Shown in pieces: positions 39,283 to 49,318 of a DNA stretch of 64,000 nucleotides. The DNA is from Escherichia phage vB-Eco-KMB39: the sequence record OR539219.1. One strand, written 5' to 3'. The position numbers and the translations under genes are program-made. How positions within the stretch are numbered: position 1 is the stretch's first letter; every line of letters begins with the position of its first letter. The notes beneath the pieces are model-generated. The model did no database searches and was not told where the DNA came from. It was given only the letters and a program-made list of their open reading frames with translations.

Positions 39283-39753
39283 TTAATCATGTTTCCACAC
39301 CCCATCGGTATTTGACCAAAGTCGCTGATTATCTGAACCTCGCCACAGCTTTTTGGTCGGAAGATTTTTCTCATACTTCCCATCAATAATAACATCAACA
39401 TATTTAAGCATTTCTAGTTGTTTAATATCTTCAAATTTATATCCTGTCCACAACCAAATGCTTTTATTCGGATAAAGATTTTTTACTGTTTGAACCACAG
39501 AGTGAATCACGTCTCTGTTATCAGGATAAAGAGGGTCACCTCCGGTTATAGTTAATCCTTCTATATAATCATTATTCAAACATTCAATTAATTGTTCTAG
39601 TGTTTCATCAGTGAATGGAATACCATTTCTAGCATTCCATGTTGATTTATTATAACACCCTTCGCATTTATGCAAACAACCTGTAACGAAAAGAACGACC
39701 CTGCATCCAGGGCCATTCACAAAATCGCAAGGATAAAATCTATCATAATTCAT
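39283..39753 (-). CDS. nrdG: anaerobic ribonucleotide reductase activating protein (radical SAM)
   Basis: 156 aa equals T4 NrdG; Cys cluster GCLHKCEGCYN. Confidence 0.85.
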   Translation of the reverse strand: MNYDRFYPCDFVNGPGCRVVLFVTGCLHKCEGCYNKSTWNARNGIPFTDETLEQLIECLNNDYIEGLTITGGDPLYPDNRDVIHSVVQTVKNLYPNKSIWLWTGYKFEDIKQLEMLKYVDVIIDGKYEKNLPTKKLWRGSDNQRLWSNTDGVWKHD

Positions 39754-41567
39754 TGGTGTTTAACCCTATGCATGATTTCTTTATTTTTACCGAGATTAAA
39801 TCCGCGTTCGTTCGGATTTCCCAAATAACCACATGTTCTTCTTATTGTGTTCATCTTTTTAGGATCAGTTTCTCCACAAATAGAACAAACAAATCCGTTT
39901 TCAGTAGGAGTCATTTCATGGGTACTTCCACATGTAAAACATTTATCTACTGGCATATTAACACCAAAATAATCTAAATGTTGTGCAGCATAATCCCATA
40001 CGGCCTCAAGGCCTTTCAAGTTATTTTTCATATCAGGAAGTTCAACATAAGAAATGTGACCACCTGTCGCAATGAAATGATATGGCGCTTCACGAGAAAT
40101 CTTTTCAAACGGAGTAATATTTTCTTCTACTGAAACGTGGAAACTGTTAGTGTACCAGCCTTTATCGGTAACATCTTTTACACTTCCATATTTTTCTGTA
40201 TCAAGTTTACAGAAGCGATAACAAAGGTTTTCAGCAGGAGTAGAATACAAACTAAAAGCAAACCCAGTTCTTTCAGTCCACTGTTTAAGACGAGCATTCA
40301 TTTTAGTTAAAATTTCTCGTCCAATATCACGACCGACAAGAATATTCAATTCGTGAATACCAATGTATCCTAGAGACACTGAACTTCTACCATTTTTAAA
40401 TAACTCAATTATATCGTCATCAGGTTTAAGACGAACCCCGAATGCACCTTCTTGGTAAAGAATAGGAGCAACAGTCGCTTTAACTCCTTTTAAGGAACTA
40501 ATTCTACACATCAATGCTTCAAAACATAAATCCATTCGTTCATTGAACAATTCAACAAATTTCTGTTCATTGAACTGTGTTCCAATATAAGAATCTAACG
40601 CGATGCGAGGAAGATTCAGTGTTACAACGCCAAGATTATTACGTCCATCAAGAATTTCATTACCAGTCGAATCTTTCCATACACTCAAGAAACTACGGCA
40701 GCCCATTGGAGAAACTGGAACTGAAGAACCAGTAATAGCTTTATTATTCTTAACCGAAATAATGTCAGGATACATTCTTTTGCTTGCACATTCTAACGCA
40801 AGTTGTTTAATATCATAGTTCGGATCATCTTTATAAAGATTAACACCTTCTTCAACAAACATAACAAGCTTAGGGAAAATAGGAGTTATCCCATCACGAC
40901 CAAGACCTTTAATACGATTTTTCAGAATTGCTTTCTGAATCATTCGTTCAGTCCAGTCAGTTCCTGTACCAAATGTAATTGTTACAAAAGGTGTTTGTCC
41001 GTTTGAACTAAAGAGAGTATTTACTTCATATTCATAAGCTTGGAATGCATCGTATACATCTTTTTCTGTTTTAGATTGAGCATAATTCAACGCATCAGCG
41101 ATTTGCCATTTTTCTGCATCCTCAATATGTTTTGCATAGGTGCGTTTAACATAAGGAGAAAGTACTTTATCTACATTAGCAAAAGTCGTTCCGCCGTATT
41201 GATGGGAAGCAACCTGTGCAGTAATTTGTGCCATAATTGCAGTAGCAACACCGATTGATTTAGGAGTTTCAATCTGTGCATTACCAAGCTTAAATCCATT
41301 CTCAAGCATTCCTTTTAAATCTACTAAACAACAATTAGTAAATGGAAGAGCAGGGGAATAATCAATATCGTGGAAATGAATAATTCCGCTTTCATGCGCT
41401 TTCATAATAAAAGACGGGACCATATTTTTGGCAATGTGTTTAGACACAATACCAGCCATAAGGTCCCGTTGAGTTGGAAAAACACGAGAATCTTTATTAG
41501 CATTCTCGTTTAAAAGGTCTTTATTAGTTTTATGAATCAATCCTTCAATTTCTTTTTCAATTGTCAT
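39750..41567 (-). CDS. nrdD: anaerobic ribonucleoside-triphosphate reductase, uninterrupted
   Basis: 605 aa contiguous; C-terminal zinc ribbon and glycyl-radical region. Confidence 0.95.
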   Translation of the reverse strand: MTIEKEIEGLIHKTNKDLLNENANKDSRVFPTQRDLMAGIVSKHIAKNMVPSFIMKAHESGIIHFHDIDYSPALPFTNCCLVDLKGMLENGFKLGNAQIETPKSIGVATAIMAQITAQVASHQYGGTTFANVDKVLSPYVKRTYAKHIEDAEKWQIADALNYAQSKTEKDVYDAFQAYEYEVNTLFSSNGQTPFVTITFGTGTDWTERMIQKAILKNRIKGLGRDGITPIFPKLVMFVEEGVNLYKDDPNYDIKQLALECASKRMYPDIISVKNNKAITGSSVPVSPMGCRSFLSVWKDSTGNEILDGRNNLGVVTLNLPRIALDSYIGTQFNEQKFVELFNERMDLCFEALMCRISSLKGVKATVAPILYQEGAFGVRLKPDDDIIELFKNGRSSVSLGYIGIHELNILVGRDIGREILTKMNARLKQWTERTGFAFSLYSTPAENLCYRFCKLDTEKYGSVKDVTDKGWYTNSFHVSVEENITPFEKISREAPYHFIATGGHISYVELPDMKNNLKGLEAVWDYAAQHLDYFGVNMPVDKCFTCGSTHEMTPTENGFVCSICGETDPKKMNTIRRTCGYLGNPNERGFNLGKNKEIMHRVKHQ

Positions 41568-42037
41568 TTTAAACTCTTTCTAAGCTGCTTCTTAAATGAA
41601 GCTATTAATTGTGTTTTGGTGTCAGATTCATTATATTCAAATCCTCTTTGAAGCATCTCGGCCATCATTTCCTCTTTTCCTAAACGAGAAAATTCCTTTG
41701 ATTTATCTCCAACGAAGTTAGGGTGAATATTATTTTGGGTGTAATCGGATTTTAAATAAGTAAGTAAATTTTCTAACCATTCAAGATAATCAACGCCTTG
41801 TCCCTTTAAACCAGAGCGATTAAATTTATGTTTCATTTGACCTTCTGCAGCATTGCAGAGATTACAAAGCAATCCACGTACCTTTCCTGCTTTTGGTCCA
41901 TTTAATTCATGGTCATGATCGAGGTGATTAGCTTGAACATCAGGATTTAGTTCTCGTTGGCAAATTAAGCATTTACCGTTTTGTGCATCATAAAATTTCT
42001 GTTTTTCTTCTTTATATAATTTGCCAGTCAATAACAT
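41564..42037 (-). CDS. 49: endonuclease VII (Holliday junction resolvase)
   Basis: 157 aa equals T4 endo VII; zinc motif CLICQ...CNLCN. Confidence 0.85.
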   Translation of the reverse strand: MLLTGKLYKEEKQKFYDAQNGKCLICQRELNPDVQANHLDHDHELNGPKAGKVRGLLCNLCNAAEGQMKHKFNRSGLKGQGVDYLEWLENLLTYLKSDYTQNNIHPNFVGDKSKEFSRLGKEEMMAEMLQRGFEYNESDTKTQLIASFKKQLRKSLK

Positions 42038-42079
42038 AATAAAACCCTTACCTTAAATAGATAAGGGTATTTATTATTT

Positions 42080-42583
42080 TCAAGTATTGTAAAACATTTG
42101 ATGCAATCGCTTATATTGCCGAATCATTTGGTCAGAAAAAGAAATTTGAGTTTCAAGCCATTCAATGTATTCTGCCGCAGCTTGCATCAAATTTCCTTCA
42201 TAACCATCGTTATTTTCTTGCGCAGCCAATTTAGCTAATGCATATGAAATGCGTTCACCTTGAAAAGCGGCTTTAGGTTTATGAATAGCTTGATCAACTC
42301 GTTCTACAACTTCTTCAATTTCGCCATTTTCTACTGATTCAGTATTCCACAAGCACCAATACGTAATTGGCTTATCATAGATGTTAATAATCTTTCCGTC
42401 AGAAAGTTCAATTTCAATAATTCCAGTATCAGGTTCTATATCATCTTCGCATTCTTTTGCAAGTTCACGAACTTTAAAGACAGTACCTGCACTAAGTTCC
42501 GGCCAGTAATTACACAGCCCTTTATCAGCACGATTAATTCTAAACCACTTATCTACTGTAATCATGTCCCATCTCCATATCAA
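42080..42583 (-). CDS. hypothetical protein
   Basis: 167 aa ORF. Confidence 0.4.
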   Translation of the reverse strand: MIWRWDMITVDKWFRINRADKGLCNYWPELSAGTVFKVRELAKECEDDIEPDTGIIEIELSDGKIINIYDKPITYWCLWNTESVENGEIEEVVERVDQAIHKPKAAFQGERISYALAKLAAQENNDGYEGNLMQAAAEYIEWLETQISFSDQMIRQYKRLHQMFYNT

Positions 42584-42688
42584 TTATGTCATTTATTGTA
42601 GGTTCATTATATACTGTTTCTTCATCAGTGTAAACCGGTTCTTCCGGCTCTGGCTCTACTGTTTCCCATCTAGCCGCCCACCAAGGTT

Positions 42689-43009
42689 TTATAGCGTAAT
42701 CCATTCTCGTATTGTCTGAGTTACTACACGTTCACGGGGCTCGACTAATTCAACAGTCGGAACTGCATAATACCAGTCAGAATGGTAAGAACCTGAACGG
42801 CATTCATTTACGGAAACATGTACATTATGTTTTTGGCTAAAATAAACACACTGCCGATATTGACATTTGCCATCTTGTACCCAGTCTTCTATTTCGATAG
42901 GTTTAAGATAATCCGAAAAATCGAAATCATAGTTTTCTGAAAATGCATCATGGTCTTCAATGATTTCACTCAGAACTGCATCAACATCTAATTTATTTTC
43001 AATAGTCAT
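42689..43009 (-). CDS. hypothetical protein
   Basis: 106 aa ORF. Confidence 0.4.
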   Translation of the reverse strand: MTIENKLDVDAVLSEIIEDHDAFSENYDFDFSDYLKPIEIEDWVQDGKCQYRQCVYFSQKHNVHVSVNECRSGSYHSDWYYAVPTVELVEPRERVVTQTIREWITL

Positions 43010-43019
43010 TTTTCACCAA

Positions 43020-43229
43020 TTAATTTCGCAATTTATTAAGTTCTTCATAATCAATCCAGGATTCTAATCCTGATGGCAAATCAGATTCAATTTCCCAAAG
43101 AAGTTCTTCAATTTTATGAAGACGATCTAGTTCTTCAGCAGGAATAGTAACCATTGACGGAGCTCTTGCTACATTAATATCGTAAATCATATTTACCCCA
43201 GTTTGACCATACAATCGCCGTATTTCCAC
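43020..43229 (-). CDS. hypothetical protein
   Basis: 69 aa ORF. Confidence 0.35.
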   Translation of the reverse strand: MEIRRLYGQTGVNMIYDINVARAPSMVTIPAEELDRLHKIEELLWEIESDLPSGLESWIDYEELNKLRN

Positions 43230-43408
43230 TTAGAAATAGACTTTTCACCGTTAGAATAATAAACTTCAAGTTTAGCACGATTATTTTTAATTTGAATAAC
43301 CTTTGCTGTCATCAAAGTTCCATACCCATAATAAACTGCAACTTCATCACCTACATATACCGCGCTTCCGCGGTAATCGTGAATATAGTCAGTTCCTTCG
43401 AGCATCAT
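43193..43408 (-). CDS. hypothetical protein
   Basis: 71 aa ORF. Confidence 0.35.
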   Translation of the reverse strand: MMLEGTDYIHDYRGSAVYVGDEVAVYYGYGTLMTAKVIQIKNNRAKLEVYYSNGEKSISKWKYGDCMVKLG

Positions 43409-43668
43409 TTAAAATATTCTCGCAGTTGGTCAAATCCACCAATATGACTTCCATCAGGAGCAAATACTTGTGGCATTGTCAAACCAATTTGAGTATCACG
43501 ACCTAGTTTAGCCAGAAGCTCAGCGATTTTCTCATCATCAAAAACACCTTTTTCCGGCATAATGTTGATAAATTCAAACGGCTGTTTCTTCACGGTCAAA
43601 AGACGTTTTGCATTATCGCAATACACACATTTATGAATGTTGCTATCATAACCATATACTTTAAACAT
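43405..43668 (-). CDS. nrdC: thioredoxin (glutaredoxin-like)
   Basis: 87 aa equals T4 NrdC; redox motif CVYC. Confidence 0.8.
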   Translation of the reverse strand: MFKVYGYDSNIHKCVYCDNAKRLLTVKKQPFEFINIMPEKGVFDDEKIAELLAKLGRDTQIGLTMPQVFAPDGSHIGGFDQLREYFK

Positions 43669-43669
43669 A

Positions 43670-43912
43670 TTATTCCTTAATTCCTAGTACTCGTTTAAAA
43701 GTCTCGTCGTAATCAAGACTTTGGCCCGTTTGTTCTTTATGTTTGTATATAATATCACTTACTTCTGATAGCATATTTTTATATGAACGAGTTAAAGCAG
43801 ATTTAAGCACGCTGTATCTATCAGGAAATTTACCATGTTCATTATAATACGCTATTGCTAATTCACGGACTGCCTTTTCAGCAGTCTCCATATATTCTTT
43901 ACGCTTTGTCAT
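43670..43912 (-). CDS. hypothetical protein
   Basis: 80 aa ORF. Confidence 0.4.
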   Translation of the reverse strand: MTKRKEYMETAEKAVRELAIAYYNEHGKFPDRYSVLKSALTRSYKNMLSEVSDIIYKHKEQTGQSLDYDETFKRVLGIKE

Positions 43913-43914
43913 TT

Positions 43915-44304
43915 TTAATCCAAAATATTATTAGGCATTGGTTGAACACTCACAAGTTCTTTAAAGAACTCAGTAGAATCAGGCAATTTAACCATTTCCG
44001 GAGCATGCTTACTGAATTTATGTTTACATTGACGGCATTTATATTCAAGCTCTGGTTTACGCCAGTTAATCAATTGAACTTGTTCAGTACCGCATTCAGG
44101 GCAATTAGGAACGTTTTTAGAAGCTCTTTCACGTCGTTCAACCATAGCCATAATAGCATCCCATGCTGGAGGTTTAAAATCTAAATCGTCGCAGCCGTGA
44201 ATCTTTCCACGCATTTCCATATCATCTTCCTCACCAGCCATAATAATTTTAATTAAACTGGAATTACTTGAAGCTGCAATGTCTTCTAATAAACGCTTTT
44301 TCAT
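43915..44304 (-). CDS. hypothetical zinc-ribbon protein
   Basis: 129 aa; CPECG...CRQC. Confidence 0.4.
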   Translation of the reverse strand: MKKRLLEDIAASSNSSLIKIIMAGEEDDMEMRGKIHGCDDLDFKPPAWDAIMAMVERRERASKNVPNCPECGTEQVQLINWRKPELEYKCRQCKHKFSKHAPEMVKLPDSTEFFKELVSVQPMPNNILD

Positions 44305-45230
44305 TTCAATACCTCAATAGCATTACGTAAACCATTTGCTTTTGCATTAAGAGCTTTTAACAATTTGGTGTGTTCTGCAATTTGGGCTTCAACTCCAATC
44401 AAACGGGCATTGAGATATTCACGTTCTTCACTCAGATTATCAACCTTTTCTACTTTAGGCTCTTTTACAACTGTCTTATATGTATTAGGGTTCTTCAGTT
44501 TAATTAGAATGCGTGAACTGTATAACATTGAACCATTATCTTCGGTTTCGTCATACATTTCCACTACGTCCATAATTTTTAACATCATGCGGAGTTTATA
44601 AGACAACGAACGAATAGTTTTGTTGTGCTTATTAATTTCTTTAGCTGTCATGGTGCCAAGATTACGTGAGTAATAATAAGGAACCTGGATATTAATTAAT
44701 ACTGATGAACCACCTGGCTTGTGTGTTACTTCATCAGCAATAACCCAGTCCTTAACATGAACTGTATTTGTACGGTCATCGCCCGCGGTAAATAGTTTGC
44801 GAGCATGCTTAAAAAGCATATTCACTTGGTCATTGAATTGACAAGCAAATTTATCAGCAAATTTAGTTTCAGGAATGGTAGAAAACCAATCAGCCAAATG
44901 AGTCTTTTTAACATCATTAACAATAGTAAATTCAACCAAATCGGTTATAGATGTCTCAGATTTAATGAAGCTCGGCTTCATAAAGTTTTTAATGTTCTCA
45001 TGAGCTACAGTAGAAGATAACATACGAGAACGTTTAAACCATTCAAGCAAATTGCCTAACGAATGAGAATAAGCGTTTTGAGTATCTTTACAGATATGAT
45101 TTTCCTGGCTAACATATTGAAGGAAATCACGAAGAATATTATTGATTACTGCTCTGTGTCCGATCTGATAATTACGATGTTTAGTAATAAGACTGTCAAA
45201 ATAATCAATATAATGTTTACGAGTTTTCAT
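44301..45230 (-). CDS. hypothetical protein with C-terminal coiled coil (tandem family member A)
   Basis: 309 aa; starts MKTR; heptad-like C-terminal 40 aa. Confidence 0.5.
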   Translation of the reverse strand: MKTRKHYIDYFDSLITKHRNYQIGHRAVINNILRDFLQYVSQENHICKDTQNAYSHSLGNLLEWFKRSRMLSSTVAHENIKNFMKPSFIKSETSITDLVEFTIVNDVKKTHLADWFSTIPETKFADKFACQFNDQVNMLFKHARKLFTAGDDRTNTVHVKDWVIADEVTHKPGGSSVLINIQVPYYYSRNLGTMTAKEINKHNKTIRSLSYKLRMMLKIMDVVEMYDETEDNGSMLYSSRILIKLKNPNTYKTVVKEPKVEKVDNLSEEREYLNARLIGVEAQIAEHTKLLKALNAKANGLRNAIEVLK

Positions 45231-45284
45231 GTTCTTCTCACTTGGTTAATGATTTATACTCCGAGCCATCCTTGGCTTTAAATT

Positions 45285-46316
45285 TTACTTAATTAACTGT
45301 AAAGCCTGTTCTAAACGATCAAGACGATTAACAGATTCTTCCCAAATCCTTTTAGCCTGCTCATATTCTTTCTGCGCTTTATTAGAAATTTCTAGAACTT
45401 CTTTATAAGCTTTTTCTAATGCAATAACTTCTGGACGAATTTCTACCTGTTCAGGTGAATCATCAAGACATTCCATTAGTTCCTCAAGGGTAGTTTCTTC
45501 TTTAGGAGTATTCACAATTTCATCACATTTTTGTTGGTAAATTTCTTTATTAGTCGGTGAGTACGCACACTTTACTTCACGAAGACTAATTATAATTTTA
45601 TATCCTTCCCATCCACACATATTTTTGAAAGGATATGTATGAATACTTTTTACAGTTTCCATACAGCCCAAAGCCGTCTCTAATTGATGAGTTATAGTGC
45701 TAGCAATTGAGAAAAATTTATTAATGTTCTTTTGATTAGCTGCTGGTGTAAAAAATCCATAATTCACAAAAATAGCTACTTTATTTTTATCAAGCTCATA
45801 TTCTTTTACGATAATCATATCAGAAGCCAAAGGATGAATTTGACGATAATCGCCATAACATAATTTAGAAGCTGATTTTAGAATTTGTCCTTTGAAAAGT
45901 CTGAAATTACTAATCCAACGACGAGTAAAAATATTCTCAGGGTCTTCTTTGATATTAAGATGATAAGAATTAACATCACCGAACCAATTATATCCTACTA
46001 CATCTTTGGTTCGTTTAATTTCTTTCCCAAAATTACCAAGAATATCCCGATTAACCAAATATGAAAGAAGACGAGATCCTTTAAAGGTTTTCTTAATGGC
46101 ATCTTTATTTGTACGACTAGAAATTTCATGAACTTCATGAATAAATTTGCCGGAAGAAACAATACTTGCATCAATATTATTGAGCCATTGATTGATAATA
46201 GAAAGAACACTATTTTGGCCAAACAGCGGTATAACTTTATCATCAATAACGCTATTGAATGATTTGATATATTCGTTACGAGTCATATTAATCTCCTCAG
46301 TAGAAAGTAAGAACAT
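45285..46316 (-). CDS. hypothetical protein with C-terminal coiled coil (family member B)
   Basis: 343 aa; early promoter upstream; C-terminal coiled coil. Confidence 0.5.
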   Translation of the reverse strand: MFLLSTEEINMTRNEYIKSFNSVIDDKVIPLFGQNSVLSIINQWLNNIDASIVSSGKFIHEVHEISSRTNKDAIKKTFKGSRLLSYLVNRDILGNFGKEIKRTKDVVGYNWFGDVNSYHLNIKEDPENIFTRRWISNFRLFKGQILKSASKLCYGDYRQIHPLASDMIIVKEYELDKNKVAIFVNYGFFTPAANQKNINKFFSIASTITHQLETALGCMETVKSIHTYPFKNMCGWEGYKIIISLREVKCAYSPTNKEIYQQKCDEIVNTPKEETTLEELMECLDDSPEQVEIRPEVIALEKAYKEVLEISNKAQKEYEQAKRIWEESVNRLDRLEQALQLIK

Positions 46317-46344
46317 TATACCACATCCTTGTGGCGAAGTAAAC
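46315..46344 (-). promoter_or_regulatory. early promoter upstream of coiled-coil family member B
   Basis: minus strand GTTTACT - 17 - tggTATAAT; near-identical to promoter at 2419-2448. Confidence 0.6.
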
Positions 46345-47363
46345 TAGTTCAGTGCATTTAGTGCGTTGTTCAGTTTAGAACGTTGCTTCGTGAGATTTTT
46401 GACTTTTTCTTGAGCTTTTTCTAGCATCTTTTCAGCTTCTAGCACTTCATTGGTCGCTTTAACGAGTTCATCATCTACTGCCTTGATAGACTTCTCAATC
46501 GCATCCGCGTGCCATTTTTCAACAGGTTTAAGACTCGGATTTTCAATAGGAAGAAAATTCACTTTATTGAATTTCCATGCATCTTTATTGCCTGAACTAT
46601 ACATCCAAAATTTAGGATCGTTTGATGAGTAATTAGATAAATTTAAGTTATCTTGCACTTCTTGCTTTTTCTCTTGCGGGACTTCATCCTTTCTCAAAAA
46701 ATCGTATTTAAATGAAACGATCATATCAAGTTCATATGTTGTTGTATGTTCCCAATTTCGCTCAAAACGAGGTAAAATCTTAGAATGAACAGCGGCAACA
46801 ACATCCATATACTTAAATGCTTCTGTCAACTGCGATTTAAGGCATTCGCAAATTGAAAGAGAATTTTTTGTATTAGGTTTAAAGCTAATTCGTGCAGTTC
46901 TATTATTTTCTTTTAATGGTCTTACTTCCATCTGAAGAGTATAACCATCAAATTTCAGGTTCTTTAAGTTAATGTCAGAACCTTTTAATCGACTAGCCGT
47001 CGACAAAATTTGCTTTAATTGTTTACGGAATAGAGCAATAAATCTCCATTCAATACGATAATGATTTGGATTGAAAAATCCAGATGATAAATCGACCTTA
47101 CTCTGACCAACACCTTGAACAAACAGAGGATTTTTATAATCAATAGTTTTACAGAAATCGGTGAGCTGCTCACGAGCAGTCATTTGTGTAATATACCCCG
47201 CTTTACTAAAATGACGTAACCATTCACTGCTATTCATATATTTAAAGTGAATATCACGATTAACTTTATCAGGGTCTAAATTATTTTGGCACAAAAATGT
47301 CATAACATCACGAGTATAGCTGGCATTACGAACCATATCTTCAATTTGAGAACGAGTTTTCAT
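46344..47363 (-). CDS. hypothetical protein with C-terminal coiled coil (family member C)
   Basis: 339 aa; starts MKTR; C-terminal coiled coil. Confidence 0.5.
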   Translation of the reverse strand: MKTRSQIEDMVRNASYTRDVMTFLCQNNLDPDKVNRDIHFKYMNSSEWLRHFSKAGYITQMTAREQLTDFCKTIDYKNPLFVQGVGQSKVDLSSGFFNPNHYRIEWRFIALFRKQLKQILSTASRLKGSDINLKNLKFDGYTLQMEVRPLKENNRTARISFKPNTKNSLSICECLKSQLTEAFKYMDVVAAVHSKILPRFERNWEHTTTYELDMIVSFKYDFLRKDEVPQEKKQEVQDNLNLSNYSSNDPKFWMYSSGNKDAWKFNKVNFLPIENPSLKPVEKWHADAIEKSIKAVDDELVKATNEVLEAEKMLEKAQEKVKNLTKQRSKLNNALNALN

Positions 47364-47371
47364 GGTGTTCC

Positions 47372-48274
47372 TTAAGATTTAAGTAAATCAACAATTTTAA
47401 TTAACTTTTCACGCTCAGATTTAGCTTTACTACTCAATCCAGATAGTCTAAAGATTTCATCGTCATATTGTTGAATAGAAATATTCAGCTCTTCAATCTG
47501 CTTATTAAAATAATCAATTTGTTCAGAATGTTTTTCGTTACTACGAACTGGTATAGGTTTTGTAGGCAATTTAGTTGAACTGGATTCATCCGGGCGATAA
47601 ATTAAAATACAACTTGAACCAATCGGGCATTTTGCTCCAGATGAATATTCTAATGTTCCGGCTTCTTTTAAAACTTCAAAAGCTAAACAGAGATGATGCC
47701 CCATATTAACATAATCTGTAGAGCGAGCTCTGATATAATAATCATCGCCACGAGTACTAAATTTAAAGCATTTAAGGTCTTCTGTATTATTGGTCTTAAA
47801 AATCATTTGTTTATCTAGACCTTTAGCTAATCGAGCGCCTAATGCTAATAATCGTCGTTGATTTTCCCACAAATCCGCAATCATTTGATCGAATGACAAT
47901 TTCGGCATTAGTCGACCATAAAGGTCATATCCTTTATTATAATTGCGAAGGATTTCACTCGCGTTAATACGAGACAATGCTCCAATTTTATTAAGGGCTT
48001 TCATGATGCGATTAGATAAACCCATTCCAGACCCGTTTGTTCGTTGTAAATGTTTTTCTAATCCAAATCCAATATCAACTTTAAATTTATCTAAAATTTC
48101 AGCATGAACATCTCTGTCAATAACATTCAAATCCAAAGTTGGGTTAAATCTATGAAAAAATTTATCTGGCTCTCCACGACGAAGTACAGTCCATTCATTT
48201 AATTTTTTATTAACTAAAGATTTAATTACTGCATTGACATTATTAATTACTACTGACATATTTTTCTCACTCAA
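47372..48274 (-). CDS. hypothetical protein with C-terminal coiled coil (family member D)
   Basis: 300 aa; C-terminal coiled coil. Confidence 0.5.
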   Translation of the reverse strand: MSEKNMSVVINNVNAVIKSLVNKKLNEWTVLRRGEPDKFFHRFNPTLDLNVIDRDVHAEILDKFKVDIGFGLEKHLQRTNGSGMGLSNRIMKALNKIGALSRINASEILRNYNKGYDLYGRLMPKLSFDQMIADLWENQRRLLALGARLAKGLDKQMIFKTNNTEDLKCFKFSTRGDDYYIRARSTDYVNMGHHLCLAFEVLKEAGTLEYSSGAKCPIGSSCILIYRPDESSSTKLPTKPIPVRSNEKHSEQIDYFNKQIEELNISIQQYDDEIFRLSGLSSKAKSEREKLIKIVDLLKS

Positions 48275-48675
48275 TTTTCAATTTTACTAAATACACAGAA
48301 TATGATGGAAAAGACTATATAAGCACCGCATACAGATTGAACTAATACCATTCCAAAGAACCAAACAATATTATCAAACACTGTCTGTTTTACGTCGAAA
48401 GGACGTAAACTTACAGTAATATTATCGCCTTTTTCTATTGATGAATACATCTCTGGTGAAATATATTCACTAAATCTATAACCGTCTTTGAGTTCATATA
48501 CGGCAATAAACGATAAACTAGACCCCTTTCCTTGAGTTCCTGTAAGGGTATTAACTACAGTAACATCATAATCTTTATAATGCATATAATCATTAATTGC
48601 ATAATAACCATATGCAACTACTACACATAAACAACATATCAATAAATTCAATCTTTTAATTATCAACTGTTTCAT
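48271..48675 (-). CDS. membrane protein
   Basis: 134 aa; N-terminal and C-terminal TM helices. Confidence 0.45.
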   Translation of the reverse strand: MKQLIIKRLNLLICCLCVVVAYGYYAINDYMHYKDYDVTVVNTLTGTQGKGSSLSFIAVYELKDGYRFSEYISPEMYSSIEKGDNITVSLRPFDVKQTVFDNIVWFFGMVLVQSVCGAYIVFSIIFCVFSKIEN

Positions 48676-48730
48676 AATAATCTCAATTAAAAGGGCTTAG
48701 AACCATTATACCATCCTTGGTATAAAGCGG

Positions 48731-49258
48731 TTATGCGAGTACCGTCTTTAACCGTTCTTCAAACTTCCGAAGAGTATTTTGGCGTTCAGCTCTTTGCTTT
48801 TTGTAAGTTTCAATACGCTCTGAAATGAGATTGTATCGTTCATTTACTGATTCTTTCATAAAATCAGGAATTTCACGAGAAGCTTTAATCTCGTCAAATT
48901 TATCAATAACAGCTTGCTCTTCAGCAATTAAGTTATCATACATCAAAATATCTTTCTTGATGAACTCAATATCTTCTTGAGTTACACGAGATAATTTAGA
49001 TGCTTTATCCTTTTTGTACTGTTCGTTAGTATCACGAGACCAGTGTAATGTACGATTTTTATTCGTATTCTTGTAAATTTCTACAATACCAATCTCATCG
49101 ATAATAACGATCCAATTCCAACGAGATTTGTAAATTTGTCCTCCATCAACCGTGATTTCACCTCCAATTGAGATGTCATTAAAGAACTTGCTTTGTGCTT
49201 CTGATTTAAATTTACCATCATTGTAATTTACCAGGTTGAAAATATCTTTAGCGTTCAT
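48731..49258 (-). CDS. hypothetical protein
   Basis: 175 aa from internal Met MNAKDIF; track ORF extends through promoter-leader cassette R3. Confidence 0.45.
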   Translation of the reverse strand: MNAKDIFNLVNYNDGKFKSEAQSKFFNDISIGGEITVDGGQIYKSRWNWIVIIDEIGIVEIYKNTNKNRTLHWSRDTNEQYKKDKASKLSRVTQEDIEFIKKDILMYDNLIAEEQAVIDKFDEIKASREIPDFMKESVNERYNLISERIETYKKQRAERQNTLRKFEERLKTVLA

Positions 49259-49261
49259 TTT

Positions 49262-49310
49262 GTGTTCCTCCGTAGTTGATAGTTGTATAGTACCACAGAG
49301 GAACGGTCTT
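49262..49310 (-). promoter_or_regulatory. promoter-leader cassette copy R3
   Basis: minus strand GTTTACA - 17 - tggTACTATacaactatcaactacggaggaacacaaaATG; 7-bp inverted repeat gttcctc/gaggaac flanks it. Confidence 0.55.
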
Positions 49311-49318
49311 GTAAACAA

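Noticed and set aside
45998-46246. 82-aa ORF nested inside the 45285-46316 gene (same strand, other frame), and similar nested ORFs at 21113-21316, 21604-21813, 51155-51349, 51984-52199, 60618-60833
   Set aside because: Fully contained within longer, better-supported ORFs, with no independent start signals.
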